Shown here piece by piece: positions 11,951 to 23,443 of a DNA stretch of 64,000 bases. The notes under the pieces were generated by a model. It saw only the letters and a list, made by a program, of their open reading frames with translations, searched no databases and had not been told where the DNA came from. Source of the stretch: Paragordius varius. Lineage: Eukaryota > Animalia > Nematomorpha. The stretch lies in the NCBI GenBank assembly GCA_964247055.1, contig OZ176051.1, positions 10,974,001-11,038,000 of the forward strand, read 5' to 3'. How positions within the stretch are numbered: position 1 is the stretch's first letter; each line of letters starts with the position of its first letter. A program made the position numbers and the translations under genes.

Positions 11951-13479
11951 GAGATATGATAGATTTGAATACATCAATTTAGCTAACCTTACACTAGACA
12001 AATATATATATTAGATTTGAATACATTTTTGATGACCTTTTATATTTGAATTAAACTATTGTATTTTGTATTTAACCTGCACACGTTATTTTACCTTGGT
12101 TTAACATGTAAAAATATTGATAAATTAATATAAACATCGCAAACTTTACATAGTTTAGTTTTTGTATTTTATCTCAATAAATATTATTGTTTTACGGTTT
12201 CTCGATTTACTACAAATATCAAACAACAATCCTTACGAATCCCTGTAACAATACTGTTTTAGGACAAATTAATATTTTTGTTGGGATTTGTACGGATTGT
12301 TGGTTCATATCCTTTATTTTTAAATGCTATTTTGCATAAATTAGATACTTTATAATTTCCAATCATGGAAGATTCCAAAAAAAAAGTTTAAATTTTTGAT
12401 ATATTCATACAGATAAAAAATATAGAAAAATAAAAAACAATATTTTTTGGTTTTGTTTTGATAATAAGTTTTTTTTACTGAATAAAATCTGAATGTTTAG
12501 ATTTTAATGGTGAGATTAGCTAGTAAATAATTAAAAAAAATATTTTAATATAGTTCAATAAAAAATGTGTTAAAATAAAACCGCCATCTTTTGACCTGAG
12601 ATTTTATAGAAACCCTAACTAAATGATTTTAGGCTATTTATATATTTAAATTATCTCATAAAATGATAATAAACCATAATATCTCAAATCTTTTCCTTAT
12701 TTTTTGAGTTATCCTAAATTTTCCTAAATTTTCACTTTTTACTCGATTTCAATTTTCTCTCAATATTTCAAAAACTGGTCTTCAACAAATATTTTCCGGC
12801 AAATGAATACGCTGGTCATAATCTACATAAATTTTTTTTACACAGATATATATATATATACAATTTTTATGAAGGTAATTTACATGAAATCATATAAAAC
12901 CTATATTAATTAAAGATAATCCATGACGGTATTTGCATGATACACACAAATATAGGTGTAAAATAATATATATGTTTTTTGCATCATAATACAAAATATA
13001 CCTATAGACTAAAAATATATTATCCTCACTACAAATTGTATCATACATATAAAAATACAAATACAACTAATTTGAATAGGTAAAGGTTATTCATGGTATA
13101 GATTGAATCACTATTGTCCAACCATGTTTATTTGCGACTATAATATGTAAATCATGTCCTAACACCATATTTAAACAGGGCCAAATGTCTATTGTAACTT
13201 GATTGATGAATCATATTCCATTTTTAGATCGTCCTACGAAATTTGAAACAATGAATTATATTTAAAAAATGAAGCTTATGGTTGTCTTTGAAAAAAAAAT
13301 TTGTCTGTCCTTATAATTTGTTTTTACTGTATAATAAACAGTAAAACACACAGACACTGGGTAGCGTCGGTATTCTCTAACCAATGATAAAATGAGTCTT
13401 TATTATTAAACTTTATTAACATTATCATACAAACTGAAGCCATCCCTAACTGGCAAAAGAACATTATCATACCCATTTA

Positions 13480-14600
13480 AAGGGAAAAGGTGACTAAATT
13501 CTACCTTCGTTCCGGCCCATAAAAACCTTGGAACGTTAAGCTCATTTCATACAATAAGATAAAAATTAATATCTATCACGACACAGTTATGAGCCTTAAG
13601 AAGAAAAGGGATTGATGTAGAATGGATCCAAAGTATATTGTTGCTCTATTCGAGCTCCAAAGCCCAAATTCTTCTATGGTATCTCTGCAATCATTATACA
13701 CTCAGGGCACCAAAGTTCTGTCCTGAGTATCTTACTGTTTATCATAATTGATGAGATTATGACTATTATCAGGGGTATAACCAAACTGCTCTGTTATAAG
13801 TCGGCCTGCACTAATCTATTAAATCGGTTGGAATTTTTAGCCTCAAAATCAATCCAGCCGAAACATATTAATGCTAAAGCAGACGATTTACCTATGTAGA
13901 ATTCGCATTCTAGTCGTAAAGGCAAACTTTATATTGTAAAAGTAAATGTAATTTCTGATTCCAAAAAATGCACCAACCTAAAATCACTTAGGATACATAA
14001 ATTTACTTACAATTGCATCGATAATTTACCTCTAAAACCAAATATACAATCTCTAATTTCCATTACGAAACTGTTACCCATTTCAAATAATTGGGTGAAT
14101 CCGCCAATGGAGGTATCAGGGAAAGCTTTAAACACAAGTCATCTGAAGATGGAAAATATCTCATGGGCTAAAACACATATTTAATATAAATTCATCAAAC
14201 TTGAAACGAATACGTCCTGTGCTGATTTATGGCACGGAAGCTGGCTTATGACAAAGTCAAAAGTAAATTCCAAAACTCTAAATCCAAAATACTAAAAACA
14301 ATTCTTTTTGTACATAATTCTAAACTATATAATTTTAATAATCAATTCGCCCCCATAATTTTTTCATAATCATTGCACCCTGTTCTAAAAGCCAAAAGAC
14401 TAGGATGGCAGGTCACATCCTTAGTATACCTGCAGATAATTAAATAATTATAAATGTATTAATCTAAACTTAGCCTAGAACCTGAATATTCCTCTAAAAG
14501 CTGGCTCAGTACTATATACGATAAACTTAACGAGGCCAAACTAGAAATAGAAGATGCGGAAAACATAAGCAATTGGAAAATTCTCATGTCAATTCAGCTA
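13480..14600 (+). mobile_element. Decayed RTE-like non-LTR retrotransposon (RT and C-terminal region)
   Basis: Frameshifted fragments read LRRKGIDVEWIQSILLLYS, QSSVLSILLFIIIDEIM (RT motif B), IRPVLIYGTEA, RLGW-AGHIL and SWLSTIYDKL...AENISNWK, in the order expected for an RTE ORF. Confidence 0.7.
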
Positions 14601-14713
14601 GCTTCGATTTTAAAGATAAACAGCTTTGATGATATAAATAGAGAATAATTTTATTAATTTATTAAACTGTTTAAGTCATATATAGAGTAAATTTTTCATG
14701 TCCCACGCACATT

Positions 14714-16315
<1,602 letters not shown>

Positions 16316-16339
16316 CTTTTTTATTTGAGAAAACGAGTC

Positions 16340-16348
16340 GAAAGGAAA
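16340..16348 (-). promoter_or_regulatory. TCT/5'TOP-like polypyrimidine initiator of RPS3
   Basis: TTTCCTTTC on the minus strand ~30 nt upstream of the RPS3 ATG. Polypyrimidine initiators are typical of ribosomal protein genes. Confidence 0.55.
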
Positions 16349-16427
16349 TCCCTGTTGTTTTACTTTAAATAATTTACACCATATGATTTAATTAAGAAGC
16401 GTAGCCTCCTTTGGACCATAAAGTAAT

Positions 16428-18981
16428 ATGGCAAATTTTAACAATAACAATAGAGTAACAAAGGTATATATTGAATAAATTATATGTAGAGAAAAGAAAT
16501 GGAATCTTTGTACGGAATAAGTGATGAAGATCTCGTAAATCTACCGGTAAAGGATTTAAATCGTATGCTCAAAGGAATGAGTAAAAGTGAGATGTTCAAA
16601 CTTAAGCAACGACGCCGGACACTGAAAAATAGAGGATATGCTGCTAGTTGTCGAACTAAAAGGGTTAGTGTCAAAGAATCTTTAGAAGGAAATAAAACTG
16701 ATTTGGAAAAGGAGGTTAATTTTTAGATGCGTAATTAATTAAAATTTGGGGCCGATTTAGTTAATATGCATTTTAGCTAGTAACTGAAGTTCCAAATAAA
16801 ACTGACGCTAAAACACTAATGAATACTTTTAGCTTTATAAATTAATATAATCCATCTCCTAATTTGTTATTCAATCAAAATTAGTTTCATAATAAAAGAA
16901 CTTTAAGCTATTTTGACGTCTAATCCAACAAAATATATTTTTCTAGTTATCCACAATATATGATTTATAAATTCTTCCGACCATTATGTCCTTTGAACTT
17001 TACAGCTAAAATAATTCTTTGATCATGTCCCAAATACTGTCGCATATCCGAAATTGTTTTTCCCATTATAATTTACCAAATTTATAATGAAATTAAGTAC
17101 AATATCTTTTATTTGTTAGTATTGGAACGCCATTGATGGTTTTCATAATGACAGTTTTTTTAAATAAATTATGGCTTTGTCACATATTTATGATTTTCAA
17201 ATGAAAAATTAGTCATAACCAGTCACATAATTTCATAATTGGTGTATTTTATTTTTCCATTTTTATTTTACAATATAAATATTTGTGTTTTTGGCATGAT
17301 TGACTGCTTTTGACTATGGATTACTGCATTTATAAGTAGTCCCATTAATATGTTTCGACCGGTCAAAAAACCCACCCAACTTCACAACTGATTAAATATT
17401 GTGGTTTATGCTCATTTTTAAATAAGAGATGCATTTAAGGAAGATTCAACTGAAGTTGAAATTTATAAATCAGAATTCCTAGAGCCTTAAACTAATTTTC
17501 GGGCAACATGTTGGTTCATTTATTTTAATCGATGGCTATCAGTAATATATGTATGAATGAGCCGATCTTAAACATTTTTCTATATAAATTGAAAATCTCA
17601 ATTATTCTTTAATACCTTCAGAAACTAGTCTAATTCAATATTTTAATACGGTTATAGATGCAAAATATGTTGGCATTAATCTTTTAAGTGCATCATTTTT
17701 TTATTTTTCAGTTTATTGCCGGAAACTCTTTTATGTTTTAGATTATTGTATTAAAATTATCACAGATACGCGCTAAAAGACATACTTAAATATAATAATT
17801 TTGGGGGGTAATTGTAACCGAAATATATTTTTACTGTTAATCATCATTAAGATGCATAAATACCCTTTTTTCATTTAAACTTTTATTACTTGTAATTTAT
17901 TACATCTTTTAATAAATTTAACAATCATGCACAGTCTATTCATATTTAATGTTTTTTATTTTCCTTATAAGGTCAATTTATAATTTATCCAAAGTTGCTT
18001 TATAAATATTCAATTACAACGATTAAGCTAATTTAAAATATTTTTGATAAATTAAAAAACAACAATATTTTGTGATATTATAAATGCCTATAAATTATTC
18101 GTTCTGATTCCTAAAATTATTTTTTTATTAAATTTTTGTCTATTAAAAATAAATGTTGAGTTTGATTGGAAAAGTATTGATTTGAAAAAGAAATGTTTGA
18201 CTTGGTGTATTAGCTAACTTTCAGGGATAATTATTTGTGTGATCATTAACACTTGGATACAACACACTCATTTTAGTCCTTCGATTCAAACCGGGGTAGT
18301 TGGATACCCCAGGCCTGTTTAAAATCAAATATTTTAAAAAGTATGGAAGGAATCGAAAAACATTAATAAACCGAAATATAGAAAAAATTCTATTTAAAAA
18401 TACTTGATATTAATTATTTTGAGCTAAAACCGAAAGGTAATAATTTCGTCAACGTGGCATGTGTGAAATAGTAAAATTAAAAAATAATACAAAATAAACC
18501 GCTTTTATTACCATCAAATGTTAGATGTAATTTAAATAAAAAATTAGCTTTAATTTTACTTTTAAAATTACATGAAGACGATATTTTGCAAAAAAATATT
18601 AAATAAAAATGGCGTCGAAGTAGTTTGACATGGAACTTTTTTTTCAAAACAAAATTTTATTAAAATATTTTGGCATATTCATATAATTTTTATTTAGATA
18701 GAAGCATAAATTTAAATTGAGACCGCCTTCATTATTTTTTAAAAAATCCTAACTCAATAGTCTGGGGTATTTAGATACCCCAATTCGAATCGAAGTGTTA
18801 ACTGCTAAGTAAATTTATTATCGTCATAATTTTTTTTTAAATCTGATAAAATAATACTGATTAAATATGTATATAAATTTATTCATTAAAAGTAATGTTC
18901 GTCCCTTAGTACACATACAATGTTAAATGAGATTTACATTTTTTTGACATCGTTATAGATTATAAAGCATGAAAATTGTTA

Positions 18982-19019
<38 letters not shown>

Positions 19020-19228
19020 TTTTTTAGGTCGATCAAATACGTCAGTATAATGCTAAACTCAAAGATGATTTAAGACACATCAAACAGAATTACATGGCGC
19101 TCAAACAATTTTCCGAACACAATAAAATTGTTAATGTTATGAAATTAGATACCAATAATTTTAATATTAATAATAATAATTACATAAATAATGATAATAA
19201 TAATATATTTTATGTTGAGAATAAATAA
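16428..19228 (+). CDS. maf-S: Small Maf bZIP transcription factor (MafK/F/G-like; maf-S)
   Basis: join(16428..16463,16490..16714,19028..19228). It contains [17 protein letters not shown] and [21 protein letters not shown] (Maf extended homology and basic regions). The zipper continues in exon 3 ([22 protein letters not shown]) and ends in an Asn-rich tail. Introns are 26 and 2313 nt. Confidence 0.92.
16950..17450 (-). mobile_element. Possible highly decayed Merlin/IS1016-like transposase remnant in the Maf intron
   Basis: Faint motifs VGWVF, IM..DW and GV..TN appear in the expected order with many stops; the match is weak. Confidence 0.25.
18250..18797 (+). mobile_element. TTAA-flanked non-autonomous element (piggyBac-like MITE)
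   Basis: TTAA lies at 18246-18249 and 18798-18801, with termini CACTT...AAGTG and subterminal CTTCGATTC.AA..GGGGTA inverted motifs. An inverted copy is at 44089-44663. Confidence 0.8.
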
Positions 19229-19502
19229 TATTATTTTAAATTTTTTACCAAAAAATGGGAAAATATATGCAATGAGAATATAGACAATTTATATATACAC
19301 ATTCAATCAATATATTTACCAATTAATTTATTTATTGATCAATTATAAATACCTGGACACATATTTTTACTTTATAATAATTAAGTATTTTAATTAATTA
19401 TATGTCATTTGTTGATTATTTATAATAAAATAAATATGTCTAATCGAAATCACAATTTATTTTAATAAATTAATACAATCGATTAATTCTATATTTTTTG
19501 AC

Positions 19503-22500
19503 CTACGCAGATTTTTGCATTTTATTGATAACATTTTTATCATCCATACATTGTTGCGCTAATATTTCAAGTTTGGCATTTTTTATGGCTTTAGCCAGGA
19601 CTAATGCCGAATTACAATAGTGTTTGGGATCAAATTCTTGCTGGTTAATATAATTATTATTATTATTATTATCGTTTGTCGTAATTTGATGATTACTTGT
19701 CATCTTATTATATTCAGGATGTAAGGATATCCAATTACTTTGATTGGCTAAAACATTTGCTTTATTGCTAAAAAAAGTATGATGAAAAAATAATTTAAAA
19801 ACTTCAATTATTGCAAATAACCCAGAATCGGTTCTTGCGGCTCGTTGAACCATTGTTCCACGATAAGAATTAGAACAGTTTTAAAATTTTAAGAACCGTT
19901 TTGTTCCATTTTAAACGGTTCTAGTACCGAAAAAATGCAATGAACCGGAATCAGAACCAGTAAATTTTTAAGAACCGTTTTGGAACCGATCCAAATTTAG
20001 GCTGGGAATCCAAGCCCTGCATGTTACTATGATGATCTAAGATTTAAGCAAATAAATTTTAAAATTTAAAATGATCTTTCTATAAAATAATTGGGATTCT
20101 GGTATTCTCATAATTATTTTGGCAAGTTTATCTCATTTGCGATTTTCAAACTTTAAATATTCGCATACCAAAATTTTTGTGGAAATGGGGCAAAAGAAGT
20201 TGAATAAAAGTCAAATATTATACCCTTTCTGACGTGGTTATTTTGTGTTCATTTTTTCTCATTAAATACAATTCAGAATTATCGCCCACTTTCTATTCAA
20301 AAAAATATCTTTCCAAAATATATTATAAATACAAATCAGTAAGCACATACTCATAAAGACTAATACTATTTTTGGACTGCATGATAAAACAATTACGTAT
20401 TTTTTTTCATTATAATTTACTTTAGATTGTTGGTTAGAGAAAGATTGGGAACAAGACCTCTATGACCTTGTAAAAAGGCCACTGATTCGAATAAAAAAGT
20501 AATTCAAATTTTTTTTGGTTTCTGAAAGAGGTTATTGTTAGAGTTAGATCAGTTGAAAAATAGTTTTATAATGGAATGTTTGCTCCATAGTGAGCAGCAA
20601 TATCCTAAAAAACCCAATGCTTTTCTTTGCAGGTTCCTCGTTTTTAAGGGGAACTTTCATACAAGAAAAAATGCACTGCAAGAAAAACCTATTTGCTCTT
20701 TCTTCATAGACGTATTACGTCGAATAAAGTAAGTCGTGTAAATTCAATAAAAATGGGCTTAAATTGTATTTAATGAGAAAAAATGAATACTCAGACAAGA
20801 ACAAAGTCATGAAGGATATAATATTTAATTTTGATAAAACTTCATTTGGGAGATATGGGAAAATTCAAAGTGCAAAAATGGCAAATGGTGTCAACATGGC
20901 GAAATAATTATGAAAATACCGGCATCACATCCCAAGTAATTTATATATTACTAATAATTTAGGTCGGTGTAGAAAGATCATTTTAAATTTAAAAATTAAT
21001 TTGCTCAAATCCTAGATCATCATTGTCACAAGTGAGTATAAAAACCATCTTTAAATTGAACAAAAAATGTATTAGATATGTATTCATTTTTAATGAATTA
21101 CTTATTAGATATACTAATAACTAAATATATATATATATATATAATTAATCTATACTTATCCAATTGTTTCTTGAATATTATTGTCTAATTTAATTAATGC
21201 GTATGTTTTGAAATAATTATAAGATATATAGATATATGATCGGAATAATTTTAAGAACCGGTTCTGGAAAATGAAAACCGGAACAGTTTCGAAATTATAA
21301 GAACCGTTTTGGAACATGTTCGACTCTTTAAAACCCCGGTTCTAAAAAAATGTAAAGAACCGAACCAGTTAAGTTTTAAGAACCGTTTTGGAACCGATTC
21401 CAAATTTAGGCTTAGGCTCCAAACCCTGGTTTTTATCAATCAAAAATAATAGCCGTTGTGATGGCTCAAATACATTTTACGGTGAAAACCAATCAATTAA
21501 TACAATCAAATAATTTACTTGCAAACATAAAGTTAAAAAAATATAAATAATTATATTGTAAAATCCAATCAATAAAAAAATATTTATTATATATGCAATA
21601 ATTCAGCAAAAATTATATAAATTTATTATGATATTTCGATTACTAATCTCATTAAATATTTTTACTTTATAATTTAAATTTTAATTTATATTTTATTATT
21701 TTAACGTTTGACAAAGATTACTTGTAGTAATCGAAATATCATAATAAATTTATATAATTTTTGCTGAATTATTGCATATATAATAATACAATCACACTTC
21801 AGCGTAAACAATATCCAAAAAAATATTTGTTACAATTCCTCCCGCTTATTTTGATTCGGGTGAAATTTATATATTAATTTTTTAACTGCTGTTTATTAAA
21901 CCTTATAAATCAATTAAATATAAAAAAATAATAACATACGCATTACATGTAAAAGGAACACAGTTTTTCTTTCAACTCGCCTACAAATGTTTGGATTCGA
22001 TGCCGTTCATATGCTAAAGAATCATTGGTTGAAGTATTAATATCTTGGTGGTATGATAAATCACTACCGATTAAAGTGGCATAAAATTGTATCAAGGCAT
22101 TCATACCCAATATTGCTTGATCTATAAGTGTTAAACTTTTATCAAATTGATTTATGCGTTCATACGCATAAGCTAAATCATTCATAACGATAAAGAGTTG
22201 AGGATTAATGTTTGAGTCTGTCAGGTGTTTTTGATTTTTTGTCACATTGTTTGTTGTAAGAGCTGAATTAAATTGTCCTTCTTCCAACTAATTATTGTTT
22301 AATAACAATATGTATGCGGAAAAACTTATAAAAACGTTTCGTAAATGATTAGAGAAATATTGGGTAACAATAAAGTGAAACACATCAAAAAAGAAAAAAA
22401 TATTGAATATGAACACGTTTTGTTGCATAAGTTTTATTGTATTAGCATGGATCTTTAATTTAATATAAAAAAGACAACTAATTATAGTTTAACATTAGGA

Positions 22501-23357
22501 TCAAGGATTTTTAATATATTTAATACTAAAAAATAAAATATAACTTGAAAGATTTTGTGACGATCATTATGTTTGGATGAATAATCCATATGAATATTAG
22601 TGGCAGAGTTTTCTTTCAAAATTTGTAAACTTTGGTTAAGATAATTTATAGCCGGAACATATTTTGCATCCTTAATTAAAAATAATGCATATTCGTGTAA
22701 ACATTGAGCATACAATAGAGATAGATCGTTTTTGTCAGGCTCAATTATTTGGGAAAGTTGTGCTTCGATATCGGACAAACAAAATTCATAGCTTATTTTA
22801 GCTAAATCATTTTCACCTAAAATTCAAAATTTTATTTGCATACTTTACCCTTTAAAGAAAATATTTTGGCCAACTTAATTGATATCTCGTAGAATGCGGT
22901 CATATAAACTTTGTTATTTAGATCCTGGCTAACTATAAACCGTAAAACTTCCTATACAATAATAAGATAAATACTTTAAAAAGCGTTTCAGCCTTTTCAT
23001 AGGCACCGGCGCTAAGAGCATTATTGGCCATTAAATCGTATATGTGATATACGGACTTTTCATCCTTCGAATCCACAGCAAGCTATATATTTGTATAAAC
23101 CATTTAAATACTTTTAACGCCAAATGATATAATTGTTCGGAAGTTTCATATTTCCCTATCCGTTCTGCATATATACCTTTTTTAATTATATCCAGTATTG
23201 TATTTTCATATTTTTCTTCACACAATGCAATATATATTAAAGGAATGCTTAGTTTTCCAATTATATATTTAAAATTTACAGTTTTGGTAGGTTTTATATA
23301 TATTGTAAATCGCATTAATTTACGGCCAAAAATTTCAAGGTATTTTAAGGTTAACAT
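19503..23357 (-). CDS. TTC19: Tetratricopeptide repeat protein 19 (mitochondrial complex III assembly factor), ~444 aa
   Basis: complement(join(19503..19767,21947..22287,22545..22816,22849..22951,22975..23082,23112..23357)) is 1335 nt. Motifs HIYDLMANNALSAGAYEKAETLFK, FYEISIKLAKIF, AKISYEFCL, FIVMNDLAYAY and HYCNSALVLAK match the TTC19 TPR pattern. The start codon is uncertain (23357 or 23429). Confidence 0.85.
19820..20020 (-). mobile_element. hAT-like MITE end with AACCG subterminal repeats (in TTC19 intron 5)
   Basis: The terminus reads CAGGGCTTGG on the minus strand, with repeated GAACCG motifs. A related copy is at 21250-21428. Confidence 0.55.
20535..20990 (+). mobile_element. Possible pogo/Tigger-like transposase remnant
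   Basis: The fragment KDIIFNFDKTSF resembles the pogo IFNxDETG motif, but the frames are broken. Confidence 0.3.
21250..21428 (-). mobile_element. hAT-like MITE end with AACCG repeats
   Basis: Ends in CCAAACCCTG and shares TTTTAAGAACCGTTTTGGAACCGAT(T)CCAAATTTAGGCT with the copy at 19820-20020. Confidence 0.55.
21584..21786. mobile_element. MITE-like perfect 62-bp inverted repeat with 79-bp spacer
   Basis: 21584-21645 is the exact reverse complement of 21725-21786. Confidence 0.75.
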
Positions 23358-23443
23358 GTGCGTTTTACCACTTTTTGGTGTATGCAAACAAGTGTTAAAT
23401 TTAAATTTTTCAAAACCCTTTGACTGCATAATCAAGTGAAAAT

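Larger units (their letters stand above)
5104..12214 (+). mobile_element. Full-length but decayed Ty3/gypsy LTR retrotransposon
   Basis: The LTRs run TG...CA: the 5' LTR is 5104-5299 plus 8157-8220, and the 3' LTR is 11957-12214. A 5-bp TSD AATAT lies at 5099-5103 and 12215-12219. A PBS-like TGGCGCGGTGAA is at 8223-8234, and a purine tract precedes 11957. Confidence 0.92.
4573..12845. mobile_element. Palindromic long-TIR (foldback/MITE-like) element, ~1.15 kb when empty, split by the gypsy insertion
   Basis: 4573-5103 plus 12220-12245 is the imperfect reverse complement of ~12280-12845. For example, GGAATCTTCCATGA pairs with TCATGGAAGATTCC and CTCAGGTCAAAAGATGGCG with CGCCATCTTTTGACCTGAG. 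The termini are CTGTGT..AAAAAA and TTTTTTACACAG. Confidence 0.8.

Noticed and set aside
13900-14480. Minus-strand GT-AG intron-like signals downstream of RPS3
   Set aside because: I found no coherent minus-strand ORF; the region is better explained as a plus-strand RTE-LINE remnant.
19503-19853. Stand-alone 116-aa ORF
   Set aside because: Its 5' part runs into a MITE, and 19503-19767 is in frame as the last TTC19 exon.
23245-23439. Plus-strand 64-aa ORF upstream of P2X
   Set aside because: It is the antisense shadow of TTC19 exon 1.
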